In this document: positions 18,819-29,400 of the stretch, piece after piece | How positions within the stretch are numbered: position 1 is the first letter of the stretch | Layout of the letters: the number at the start of each line of letters is the position of its first letter | NCBI GenBank assembly: GCA_963422615.1 | Contig: OY730414.1 | Coordinates: 806,001 to 870,000 of the forward strand | Direction of reading: 5' to 3' | Source of the DNA: Longimicrobiales bacterium | GTDB lineage: Bacteria; Gemmatimonadota; Gemmatimonadetes; Longimicrobiales; Gaopeijiaceae | Length of the DNA: 64,000 bases | Notes under the pieces: generated by a model | Databases searched by the model: none | What the model saw: only the letters and a program-made list of their open reading frames with translations | What the model was told of the DNA's origin: nothing | Made by a program: the position numbers and the translations under genes

Positions 18819-21800
18819 ATGACCTTGCGCCCTTCCGATAGGCGCGCGCCCCCCGGGATCCGGATGCGTCCGGCGGCCACTCACCGTGTGGACCCCTCCA
18901 AGCCGCTGGCCTTCGACTATCGGGGGCGTCCGCTGGTGGGTCTCGAGGGAGACACCGTGGCTTCCGCCCTATATGCAAACGGCGTCCGGATTTTCAGTCG
19001 CAGTCTGAAGTACCACCGGCCCAGGGGACTCTACACCATGGACGCCGAGTCCTCGAACACGTTCATGAACATAGACGGCGTGCCCAACGAGGCGGCCGAA
19101 ACCACCCGTCTGGAGGCCGGCATGTCGGTCCGTCCCCAGAACGTGTGGGGCAGTCCGGAGCGGGACCTGCTGGGGGGGATCGACCGCTTCGACCGGATGA
19201 TGCCAGCGGGCTTCTACTATAGGCACTTCCACCGTCCCTACCGCCTTTGGCCCTTCTTTCGAGACCGACTTCGGGCCATGGCCGGAATCGGCGTGTTGGA
19301 CCCGAACCGGAAGTACAACGAAGGTATACGCGCCGAACGCTATCTAAACGCCGACCTGGCCGTCGTGGGGGGTGGTGCCTCGGGGATGGAAGCGGCGCGG
19401 GTCGCAGCGGCCCGCGGTCTTCAAGTTTGTCTTTTCGAGACGCGGCCTTGGCTTGGAGGTCACAGGGCCTGGCGGGTCCGGGACTTCCGGGGCCTGCCTC
19501 TGTATCGGGGGGCGACGGTGCAATCGGCTCGCCTGAAGGCCACGAAAGGCGTTCGCGTCTTCACCCGGTCTCCGGTCACGGGGGTGTGGGGAGAAAACTT
19601 GCTCACGGGATTTACAGTCGGCGCCGCAGGGGATGCCTTCCGGGCGTGTCACTGGGAGTGCCGAGCCCGGGCCGTTGTGGTCGCCACCGGGGCCATGGAA
19701 CGCCCTCTCGTCTTCAACCACAACGACCGTCCCGGAGTGGTGCAGGCCGGCACCGCCTGGCGCCTTGCCCGCAGCTATGCCGTTCGGGTCGGACAGGCCG
19801 CCGTCTTCAGCGTTGGGGATGATCTGAGCCTGGAGGCTGCGCTGGACCTGTTCGATCTGGGACTGGAGGTGCGCGCGGTGGCCGACGCTCGCGCTGAGGG
19901 TCACGACCCGGAGCTGGTGGGGGCCCTGCGGGAACGCGGGATCCCCTTTCTGCCCGGTTGGGCAGCCTCTCTTGCGATCGGCCGGAAGTGGGTCACGGGG
20001 TGCGAGGTGCGCGCGCTGGCCGGGGCGGATTCACGGCGCTTTGAGTGCGACGTGGTCGTGGCCAATGCAGGGCTTCAGCCCCGCATCGGTCCCTTGGCGA
20101 CTGCGGGCGCCGCGCTTTCCTACTGCCCCCGAACCCACAGCTACCAGCCGGTTCGCCTTCCCCCCGGGCTCTTTGCGGCGGGAAGTATGACGGGGCGCCG
20201 GGAGCCCGGCTCCGTCGAAGCGTCGGGCCGCCTTGCGGGTCTTCGGGCGGCCCGGTGGTGCGGTCTTGCCCGGGAGGCGGAGGTGGCAACGGCGACCCGG
20301 GAAGTGGCGGCCGAGCCGGGCCCCGCACGGGGATGCGGGGTCGTTTACGGTCCCGCCATCGGGCAGGGTCGCAAGGCGTTCATCGACTTGGACGAAGACG
20401 GAACCTACAAGAACGCGTGTGAGTCGGCGGCTCAAGGCTTCGGTGCTCCGGAGCTGGCAAAGCGCTTCGGCGGCTTCGGTCTGGGTCCGGGCCAGTACCA
20501 GGTCGCTGGCCAGAACCTTGCCATGATCATGGCGGACCTGGCGGGCTCTCCCTTCGAGGCCGTGGCACCCACCACGATTCGCCCGCCTCTGGTTCCCCCC
20601 AGCCTCGCCACCGTGGCCGGGGCCTGTCACGATGTGCACAAGCGCACCCCTTTGCATCGGAAACAGGTGACCATGGGTGCGATCTTTCGCCGGGTGGGGG
20701 GGTGGGAGCGGGCCCGCTACTTCGGGTCAGGCCTAGCCGGTACCGGTGCGCCCCCTTTCGGTTCACGAGAGGACGAGACCCGGGACGAAATCCGTAACGT
20801 CCGGCGAAACGTGGGGCTTCTGGACAGTTCATCTTTGGGGAAGTTCAGGATTTTCGGCCCCGACGCCCTTCAAGCGCTTCAGCGCGTCTACATCTCGGAC
20901 ATGCGCAAGGTGGGGCCGAAGCGATGCAAGTACACGGCAATGTGTAACGACACGGGCAATGTCATGGACGACGGAGTGGTCGTCAAAGAAGGGGAGAACG
21001 ACTACTACTTCACCACCAGTTCGAGCCGGGCTGGAGACACCGCAGAATGGTTCCGCTACCACACCCGTTATGAAGCGTGGGATTACCACCTGGTCAACTT
21101 GACGGACGTCTCGGGGTCGGTGAACCTCGCGGGTCCCAACGCCCGCAAGGTTCTGGAGAAGGTGACCGCCGATGATGTTTCCAACCAGGCGTTCCCCTAT
21201 CTGGGGTATCGCCGGATCGTGGTCGGGGAAGGCGTGAAAGTCCGGTGCTTTCGCTTGGGCTTCGTGGGGGAGCTGTCCTTCGAGCTGCACGCGCCGTCCA
21301 GCCACTGTCCATACATCTGGGATCTACTCATGGAGGTCGGCGCGGAGTTCGACATCCGCCCCTTTGGCTTGGAGGCCCAATACTGCATGCGGGCGGAGAA
21401 GGGCCACATTATCGTAGGGGCCGAAACGGAGCAGCGCGTTACCCTGACGGACATCGGCATGGGGTTTCTGTGGGACGCAGACGACACGACGTCAAAGAAG
21501 GTGGGGGCACCTGCCTTGCGTGCCGCTTTGGAACAGCCGGGCCGAATGAAGCGGGTCGGCTTTCGCGTCCGGGACCCGGCCGGCCGTCCGCAGGACGGCG
21601 GGTTGGTCGTCCGGGACGGGGAGATCGTCGGATACGTATGCACGACCCGGTATAGCGAGACCTTGGGCTGGCAATACGGAATGGCCCTTGTGCAGGACGG
21701 GCATGCGGACTTGGGGGAGGAGATTCGCATCTACGAGAAAACGGGAAGAGGCAGGGAAGTCACCCATTGGGCGGTGGTGGTGCCGATGGAGTTCTATGAC

Positions 21801-22625
21801 CCGAAGGGAGAAAGGACGCGCGGTTCCGGGGACCGTCCCCCTCTCGGGGAAGCCGGGCTCCCGGAACGACCCCGAGTGCAGGTCCTGGAGAGGCAGCCCC
21901 ATCTTGGCGCCCTGGCCCAGAGGTCGGGGGCAGGGTCCGTTCCCGGGAACGGACCTTCTCGTGCCCTTCCCAAGACCCAGGTCCCTTTGCCGTTCCGGTG
22001 CTCCCCGGTCGCCTTCCCGGCGGCCCCGGCGGAGCAGGAGATCCGGGGCGGCTGGAATGTGGTGCGACGCTACCTAGGGGAGGAGGGGCACTCGGGTCCG
22101 TGGCTGGTCGACCTGAGCCACCTTCGCCGCTGGGACTACCAGGACGGAAAGGTGGAGACCCGAATCCCCCTGGGGCTCCCGGTGCCACGAGAAGTCGGCC
22201 AGGTCGGCGTTCACGGATCCGTGGTGATCGCGCGTATGAACCCGACCCAGGCGTCGGTGTGGCACATGGCCCCCGGTCCTCCGCCAGGCACCCCATCCGA
22301 AGCCTGCTGGACCGAAACCACGGACGGCCACTGCATGGTGGCCTTCGTCGGCCAGGGTGTTTCGATCGTGCTGGAACACCTGTCGGCCCTTGACCTCTTT
22401 GATCCCCAGCGTCCGCGACCCTTCCTGACCCAGGGGCCCGTCCTCCGCGTTCCGTGTCAAGTCGTCACCTTCGCCCAGGATCTGGTGGTCATGACGTTGA
22501 GCAGGGGCTACGGGAAAACCTTTGTCGCAGCGGCCTTGGAATCGGGTGGGCCGGCAGGGCTGGCCCCGGCCGGCGAAGGCGTGTTCATGGCCAGTATTGC
22601 CAACTGGGAAGCCCTGGGCTCTTGA
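18819..22625 (+). CDS. soxA: sarcosine oxidase-like alpha subunit with a fused C-terminal gamma-like domain
   Basis: GDTVASAL.ANG...SRS.KYHRPRG; VVGGG..G; ATGAMERP; GcvT-like part (D.S.LGK, DDGV, GF.GELS.E, FYDP.GER); about 210 extra aa after a Pro/Gly linker. Confidence 0.88.
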   Translation: MTLRPSDRRAPPGIRMRPAATHRVDPSKPLAFDYRGRPLVGLEGDTVASALYANGVRIFSRSLKYHRPRGLYTMDAESSNTFMNIDGVPNEAAETTRLEAGMSVRPQNVWGSPERDLLGGIDRFDRMMPAGFYYRHFHRPYRLWPFFRDRLRAMAGIGVLDPNRKYNEGIRAERYLNADLAVVGGGASGMEAARVAAARGLQVCLFETRPWLGGHRAWRVRDFRGLPLYRGATVQSARLKATKGVRVFTRSPVTGVWGENLLTGFTVGAAGDAFRACHWECRARAVVVATGAMERPLVFNHNDRPGVVQAGTAWRLARSYAVRVGQAAVFSVGDDLSLEAALDLFDLGLEVRAVADARAEGHDPELVGALRERGIPFLPGWAASLAIGRKWVTGCEVRALAGADSRRFECDVVVANAGLQPRIGPLATAGAALSYCPRTHSYQPVRLPPGLFAAGSMTGRREPGSVEASGRLAGLRAARWCGLAREAEVATATREVAAEPGPARGCGVVYGPAIGQGRKAFIDLDEDGTYKNACESAAQGFGAPELAKRFGGFGLGPGQYQVAGQNLAMIMADLAGSPFEAVAPTTIRPPLVPPSLATVAGACHDVHKRTPLHRKQVTMGAIFRRVGGWERARYFGSGLAGTGAPPFGSREDETRDEIRNVRRNVGLLDSSSLGKFRIFGPDALQALQRVYISDMRKVGPKRCKYTAMCNDTGNVMDDGVVVKEGENDYYFTTSSSRAGDTAEWFRYHTRYEAWDYHLVNLTDVSGSVNLAGPNARKVLEKVTADDVSNQAFPYLGYRRIVVGEGVKVRCFRLGFVGELSFELHAPSSHCPYIWDLLMEVGAEFDIRPFGLEAQYCMRAEKGHIIVGAETEQRVTLTDIGMGFLWDADDTTSKKVGAPALRAALEQPGRMKRVGFRVRDPAGRPQDGGLVVRDGEIVGYVCTTRYSETLGWQYGMALVQDGHADLGEEIRIYEKTGRGREVTHWAVVVPMEFYDPKGERTRGSGDRPPLGEAGLPERPRVQVLERQPHLGALAQRSGAGSVPGNGPSRALPKTQVPLPFRCSPVAFPAAPAEQEIRGGWNVVRRYLGEEGHSGPWLVDLSHLRRWDYQDGKVETRIPLGLPVPREVGQVGVHGSVVIARMNPTQASVWHMAPGPPPGTPSEACWTETTDGHCMVAFVGQGVSIVLEHLSALDLFDPQRPRPFLTQGPVLRVPCQVVTFAQDLVVMTLSRGYGKTFVAAALESGGPAGLAPAGEGVFMASIANWEALGS

Positions 22626-22702
22626 AGCCGGGGGCGGGGAGACGGGTTCCGGCCTGCCGCCCGCCCCCCTTTGCCCTCTGATCTACCCGAAACCGACCGC
22701 CG

Positions 22703-25700
22703 TTATCGGAGTGCGCCTCCCGTCCCCGCCGGCCGAAGCCCGGCCGCGGCGCTGCTGGCGTCCGCTTCCTGCGATCGCTGTCGCTCCAGCGGACGTGGCT
22801 CCGGGTACACCTCGCCAAGGGTCATCCCGTCGTAGAGGCGGCCGTCCTTCATCACATAACGGATGTCGACGGTGTTGCGCAGGTCCTCCATGGGGTTCGA
22901 ATTCAGAATCACGATGTCGGCGAACTTGCCCTCTTCGATACTGCCCAGCTGGGCGCCGAATCCGATGGCCTCTGCGCCCAGGAGCGTAGCCGCTCGCAGG
23001 ATGTCGTGATTCGCGGCGCCTCCGGCCGCCATGGCCCAGAGCTCCCAGTGGTACCCAATCCCCTGGATCTGTCCGTGGCTCCCGACAGCCATGCGGGCGC
23101 CATCTTCAAGCATCTTCTTGACGAACGCTCCGTGGCGCGGAAAGACGTATTCTTCCTTCAGGAACCAGCCGGCCTGACCCGGGCTTCCTCCGGCACCGGG
23201 GCCCCGTCGCCGGACCCGGGTGTCGATGTTGTCTCCGGGCACGAACATGTTGAGCTTCGCGTCGTCGTGGACGTTTTCCGTGGTGTAGAAATAGTTCTCG
23301 CCGAAGGGTCCACCGTAGGAAACGAGAAGCGTGGGAGTATTCGTGGTTTGTGATTCCTTGAAGAGTTCCACCACGTCGGAGTAGATGGGCGCGATGGGAA
23401 GGTTGTGCTCGATTCCCGGGTAACCGTCTATGGCATGGGTCATGTCGATCTTGAAGTCGAGCCCGCCTTCCGTGGTCGGCATGAGTTCGAGGCTTCGCGC
23501 CGCCTGGATGACCCACTGGCGCTGCTGACGGTTCCCCGTCATGTACATCTTGAGGGTTTTCGTGTCGAAGTACTCCGAGTAGCGCCTCAGGATCGTCTTG
23601 GCGTGGTCGGCGTCGCGAATGTTCTCGCTGACGAAAACGCCCGGTCCCGTCGAATAGATGCGGGGTCCGGTCATGCCCCCGGTGCGGACCCGATCCGTGT
23701 AGCTGAGAATATCCGTGAACGCCGTCTGGGGGTCCCGGGTCGTCGTAACCCCGTAGGACAGCGTCGTGAGGTACTGCCAGACTTCCTCGGGGTGGATTTC
23801 GGGGACGAGCCACTGGGCGTGGTAGTGCGTGTCCACGAAGCCCGGCACGAGGGTGTTTCCGGTAACGTCGATGACCTGTGCGCTGTCCGGAACCTCGACG
23901 GAGTCCGCCGGCCCTACCGCGACGATCTTGTTGTCCTTCACGACCACAACGCCGCCCTCAATGATGTGGGGCGCCCCGGTGGTATCCCCGGGTACGCTTG
24001 CCATCGTGATGATCCGTCCGCCCTGCAGGGCGACGGTGCCCCGCGGAATGTCCCGGGGCAGCATGACCTCGATCTTCCGTTCTTCGGCTTCGTACGCCTC
24101 CGTCGAATCCGCCAAGACTTCTTTGTCCCCGTCCCGAACCGCGTTCGCCTTGGCGGCGAATTCTTCCGCCGCTCGGCGGATGGAGTCGGCCCGCGCCATC
24201 AGGGAATCGGCGACCACTTGGACCGAATCCGCCGCCAGCCGCACGATCTCCGCATCAAGGGAATCGGGGACCTCTTCATCGGCCTTCTTCAGACTGTCGG
24301 CTTCGGCTCGCTTCTCCTTGAGAGTGTCCGACACGGCCATTGCCCGTACCCTGAGGAGGGCCCGGCCGTGAGCGGTTTCTTCTTCGGCAGCTTCTTCGGC
24401 TTCGACGTGGTCCAAGTCGTAAGTGAACAGGACGTTCCCCATGGCCCAGTGCAGAGCGGATCCGTCCGGGGCCCAAGACGGAAACTCCCCGCCGACATCC
24501 GTCACTTTTCGCACGGGCACCGGGGACGCCGCCAGATTGGCAAGGACGATGGAGGGGGGTGTTTCGCCCACTTCGGCGAGTTCCACAACGAAGACGTCCC
24601 GACCGAACTGGGCGAAGGCCCGGTCTCCTTCCGGAGAGAGCATCACCAGGCCTGCCGGCTGAGGCCCGCCGGGCTCGGCGGCGGGGTCGGGATCTGTCGG
24701 ATCGGGGGCCTTCCGCCACGGGAAAACGCGCCGGGGAAGGTACTCCCACTCCTCGGGGTGCGGGCTGCCGATCCCGGGAACTCCCTGGCGCCCGCGCACC
24801 ACCAAGTGGCGCTTCACGTCCGTGCCGTCCCAGCGGAAGGAAACCAAGCCTTCGATGGGGCTGTAGGCATAGATTCGTCCGGGGTCGTCCGACGCGAAGT
24901 GGGCCACGTCCCGAAATCCCGTGGGCGAGATCACCTCTGCCTCCGCGGGACCGGCCCCCTCGGAGGGCACCCAGACGAACTCCCCGCCGATGGGTCCGAA
25001 GAAGATTCCCGAGGCTTCCTTGAGCTCCCGAGCGGCACCTCGGGAGGCGACGATCCGCTCCCCGTCCGGGGACCAGGCCACGTTGTAGTACAGGGCCGCA
25101 GTGGTGGTGAGCTGCGTAGGCGGGCCCCCTTCGGCGGGCGCCTTCATGATGTGGCCGCCGTTGGCGTCGTCCCAGGTGGTGTAGGCGATCCACCGGCCAT
25201 CCGGGGACCACTGTGGATGGAATTCTCCCACATCGGCGTCCGTGAGACGGCGGGCTTCCCCATCGGGGAGATTTTTTGTCCACAGGCGATCGAACGCCGT
25301 AAAGACGATCTGACCGCCGCCGGGCGCCGCCGCCGGGTTTCGAATCTGGCTGGCCGTTACCATGGCGGTGGTGTCGATCGAGTAGGCGAACTTCACTTCG
25401 GGGCCGACGCTCAGCTCGACGGGCACTTCGAACTCGATCTCGGTCGCGTCTCCCCCGTCCATGGGCACGTTCCAAATCTTGCCGCCGTACGATACCACGA
25501 TGGCGGATCCGTCGGGCATGAAGGCGTAGCCGGGCAGCAGGTCCAGAGGTGCCCGCGATTCCTGCTCGTCGCGCTGCACGGGATAGGCCAGCCACGCCTC
25601 ATCTCCCGTCTCTAGGTCACGCTTGCGCAGCCCGGTGTCGGCGTTGTAGCGGGTTCCGTAGACAAGCCAGCGGCCGTCGGGTGAAATCGCGGGGCGGAAG

Positions 25701-26434
25701 GCAGATCCGTAGCGGTTGGTCATCCCCGTGTGGACGCCGGTCTCCCGGTCATACCGGTACAGCTGATAGCGGGGAAGCCTGGCGTTGTATTGCCAGTCCC
25801 CCGGGGCCGCAGCGTACCACACGTGCTGACCATCCGGGCTGAAGGCCGCGCCGACTCTCTTGAGCGCCGGGGAACCGCCCCCAAAGGCCAGGGGCGACCC
25901 GCGTTCGGCGTGGTACATGAAGAGCTGGGCCGCGCCGCCCAGGCCCCCGGACCGACTCACCACGATGAAATCCCCGTCGGGGGTCCATTCCGGGGACAGG
26001 AACAGGTTCGAGTTGCCCCGGGATACCTGGGTGGTATCGGTCTTGTCCAGGCGCATGGTCCAGAGGTTGTCCCCTCCGCTGCGGTCGGAGATAAAGGCCA
26101 CCGACTCCCCATCGGGGCTGAAGCGGGGCTGAACGTCGTACGCCATCCCGGTGAGGAGGGGGGACGCTTGACCTCCGGTGACGGGAAGGGTGTAAAGGTC
26201 TCCCAGAAGGTCGAAGACGAGGGTCTGCCCGTCGGGGCTGATGTCCAGGGAGATCCACGTGCCCTCGGTGGCGGTGAACTCCGCCGTGCGAGCGCTGTTC
26301 AGCGGCAAGGGGTTCGGTCGCGACCGCCCGCCGCCCTGCTGGGGCGACGCGGCTTCTGGCACAACGGTGACGGTCAGCGCAAGGGCCAGGAGGGTCCGGG
26401 CGGCGGGTCCGAACGCCCTTCCGCGGGGCCTCAT
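22703..26434 (-). CDS. secreted amidohydrolase family protein with N-terminal TolB/PD40 beta-propellers (paralog 2)
   Basis: PD40 repeats (SPDG), PGFVDTHYH metal motif, GVTTTRDP, GSIEEGKFADIVIL..NP; ATG 26434 overlaps the upstream TGA. Confidence 0.9.
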   Translation of the reverse strand: MRPRGRAFGPAARTLLALALTVTVVPEAASPQQGGGRSRPNPLPLNSARTAEFTATEGTWISLDISPDGQTLVFDLLGDLYTLPVTGGQASPLLTGMAYDVQPRFSPDGESVAFISDRSGGDNLWTMRLDKTDTTQVSRGNSNLFLSPEWTPDGDFIVVSRSGGLGGAAQLFMYHAERGSPLAFGGGSPALKRVGAAFSPDGQHVWYAAAPGDWQYNARLPRYQLYRYDRETGVHTGMTNRYGSAFRPAISPDGRWLVYGTRYNADTGLRKRDLETGDEAWLAYPVQRDEQESRAPLDLLPGYAFMPDGSAIVVSYGGKIWNVPMDGGDATEIEFEVPVELSVGPEVKFAYSIDTTAMVTASQIRNPAAAPGGGQIVFTAFDRLWTKNLPDGEARRLTDADVGEFHPQWSPDGRWIAYTTWDDANGGHIMKAPAEGGPPTQLTTTAALYYNVAWSPDGERIVASRGAARELKEASGIFFGPIGGEFVWVPSEGAGPAEAEVISPTGFRDVAHFASDDPGRIYAYSPIEGLVSFRWDGTDVKRHLVVRGRQGVPGIGSPHPEEWEYLPRRVFPWRKAPDPTDPDPAAEPGGPQPAGLVMLSPEGDRAFAQFGRDVFVVELAEVGETPPSIVLANLAASPVPVRKVTDVGGEFPSWAPDGSALHWAMGNVLFTYDLDHVEAEEAAEEETAHGRALLRVRAMAVSDTLKEKRAEADSLKKADEEVPDSLDAEIVRLAADSVQVVADSLMARADSIRRAAEEFAAKANAVRDGDKEVLADSTEAYEAEERKIEVMLPRDIPRGTVALQGGRIITMASVPGDTTGAPHIIEGGVVVVKDNKIVAVGPADSVEVPDSAQVIDVTGNTLVPGFVDTHYHAQWLVPEIHPEEVWQYLTTLSYGVTTTRDPQTAFTDILSYTDRVRTGGMTGPRIYSTGPGVFVSENIRDADHAKTILRRYSEYFDTKTLKMYMTGNRQQRQWVIQAARSLELMPTTEGGLDFKIDMTHAIDGYPGIEHNLPIAPIYSDVVELFKESQTTNTPTLLVSYGGPFGENYFYTTENVHDDAKLNMFVPGDNIDTRVRRRGPGAGGSPGQAGWFLKEEYVFPRHGAFVKKMLEDGARMAVGSHGQIQGIGYHWELWAMAAGGAANHDILRAATLLGAEAIGFGAQLGSIEEGKFADIVILNSNPMEDLRNTVDIRYVMKDGRLYDGMTLGEVYPEPRPLERQRSQEADASSAAAGLRPAGTGGALR

Positions 26435-29400
26435 CGTCCGTCTCCCGAAATGCCGGCCCGGACATCGGGCGCCGCGTGCCTCCACGGCTCGTCCGGCGCG
26501 GGTCGCATTCTCGGCCACAACTCGTCAAGCGTGTTCCCGTCGTAGAGCCTTCCGTTCATCATCACCTGGCTGACCGTGTTCGTGTTGCGGATGTCGTCCA
26601 AAGGATTGGCGTCCAGAATGACCAAGTCGGCGAGCTTCCCGGCCTCGATCGAACCCAGGTCGCGGCCAAGCCCGATCGCCCGCGCACCCATGATCGTCGC
26701 AGCCCGCAGGGCGTCGTGCTCCCTCATGCCCCCGCTCTGCAACGCCCAGAGCTCCCAGTGATAGCCCAGTCCCTGAAGCTGCCCGTGACTGCCGACGCCG
26801 GTCTTCCCGCCGTCCGCTACCAGCTGGGCAAGCCACCCGGAGTGCTTCCGGAAGGCATATTCCTCGTCCATAAACCACCCTCCGGGGCCCGGGCCCGTGG
26901 TTTGAAGGCGCCGGGCCTTGAAGTCGAGTTCCCGTTTCGGGGTAAAGTGGGTGAGCTTCTGGTCACCGAAGATGTCTTCGTGAGTGTAGAAGTAGTTTTC
27001 TGCCCAGGGCCCGCCGTACGAAACCAGCAGGGTTGGCGAATTCACCGTTCCCGAAGCAGCGAAAAGCTCCACAACATCCTGGTAGGCCGGAACGATGGGC
27101 ATCGAATGTTCGATCCCCGGGTAGCCGTCCATGGCATGGGTCATGTTGAGCCGGTAATCCAGGCCCCCTTCGGTGGTAGGCATCAGCTCCAGCTCCCGGG
27201 CAGCCATGATGAGCCATTGCCGCTGCCGGCGATTGCCCGACATGTACATCTTGAAGGTCTTGGTGTCGTAGTACCGGCTGTACTTGCGCAGTACGTCAAC
27301 GGCGTGTTCGTAGCTGCGCACGAAGTCGAAGGCGAAAACACCCGGACCCGTGTGATAAATTCGGGGACCCACGATCTCTCCGGCCCGGACTCTGTCTTCG
27401 TACGAGAGTACGTCGGTGGTGGCGGTCTGTGGGTCTCGCGTGGTGGTCACGCCGTAGGCCAGGTTCGCCTGGTAGATCCAGGGCCGGGACCAGTGAAATC
27501 CCCACAGGTTCCACATGTGGGCGTGGGTGTCGACGAAGCCTGGCACGATCGTCTTGCCGGCGACGTCGATCACTTCGGCCCCTTCCGGGACGACCCCCGG
27601 GCCGGCCGATACCGTCGTGATTCGGTTGTTCGTGATCACGATGTCGGCGTTTTCGATGACCTCGTCTCCGTTCATCGTGATGGCCCGGGCCCCCCGCAGG
27701 ACCACAACCCCCTGGGGGATGTCCCGCTGGGCCGTTACCCCGATCTGTTGCTCTGACGGCACGTAAGCTGGGTCGTTTTCGGCCGCGTCCAGGTCGTAGG
27801 TGAACAGGGCGTTCCCAAGGGACCAGTGAGCCGTGCGCCCGTCCGCGCCCCAGGCCGGAAACTCGATCCCGAGCTCGTTGAGCCTGCGAACCGGAACCGC
27901 GGCGGAGTCCGGCTTGAAAACGTCGACCTCCGGCAGCGTTGCGCCAAGTCCGGGCACGGTAACGGCGTACAAGTTGTCCCCGACCTGGGCGAGGGCCAAG
28001 TCACCCCGGGGGGCCATCATGACGAAGCCGGCGGACTGCCTGGGCACCAGCTCCCGGGGCTGGTCGTCGTCGAACTCCTGGGGCAACACAAGGTCGGAGG
28101 TCTCGGAGAGCCTGTACCCGTCAGGAACCCCACCTGCGGAAAAATCGATCCGGGCCGTGACTCTGAGATGAGACTTCACGTCAGTGTCATCCCAGCGGGC
28201 CGAGGTGAGCGCCAGGGTTCGCGGCGGCGCGCTCGGCGATCCCGGCACAGGGTCGGCCCGAGCGAAGCCGTAGTAGTAGATGCGGTCGGGGTCCGCCGTG
28301 AAGTGGGGCATCCTTCGTCCGCCGGTGGGACCGATGGTTGTGGCGTCACCCCCGTCGGCAGGAATCCAGACGAATTCGGAGTCGAGGCCGAAGCCGATGA
28401 ACGGGTCGATGGCCTCCTGGACATTCCGGCGGGAGGATCGAATCGACACGATCCGGCGGCCGTCCGGGGACCACGCGATCTGCTGATAATACGCCGGGGT
28501 CGTGGTCAGGGTGGACGTGGACCCGCCGTCGGCCTCCACGCGCCGAATGTGTCCCTCCCCCGAGTCGTCGTCCCACGTCACGTAGGCCACGTAACGCCCG
28601 TCGGGCGACCAGGCCGGGTGGTATTCCCCGACTGGGTCGTCGGTGAGCCGGCGCGGCGTGCCGTCCGGTAGGTCGGCGATGTAGAGGCGGTCAAGCGCCG
28701 TGAAGGCGATCCGCCCGCCGTCCGGCGAAGGGCGGGCATCCCGAATCTGCTTGACCGTAAAGGTCGGCGTGTCTTGAATCGGGTACTCGAATTCCACTTC
28801 CGGGCCGATCGCCACCTCGGCTTGGGCGGTGAACGGAATCTCGGCGGGGTCGGTGCCGTCAACGGGGACCCGCCAAATCCGACCGCCATAGGATAGAACC
28901 AGGGCGTCGGACCCGGGCGTGAAGGTATAGCCCGGCAAGACATCCATGTTTGCCGTCGATTCCTGGTCGTCGCGCTGCACCGGGTACGCGAGCCATCGCT
29001 CCTCTCCGGAGGCCAGTTCCCGAAGGCGAATGCCGGTTTCGGCGTCGTCTCTGCTCCCGTACGCGAGCCACTGTCCGTCGGGGGAGACGGCGGGGCGGAA
29101 GGCGGACCCGTAGCGGTTGGTCATCGGGGTCCGCGTCCCCGTGCGGCGGTCGTAGACCCAGAGTTGGTACTGGGGCAGGATCGCGTTGTAGCTCCACATG
29201 CCCATTCGCTGGGCGTACCACACGTAGCGCCCTTCGCTGTCCACAGCCGGCCCCATCATTCGCCCCGAGCCACCCACCATCTCCAGGCCGGTGCCGCCGT
29301 CGACATGGTAGAGCCACAGCTTCTCCAAGCCCCGGCGGGGGGCCGCCCGGGACACGACGATGTACTTTCCGTCCGGCATCCAATCGGGGGACAGGAAACG

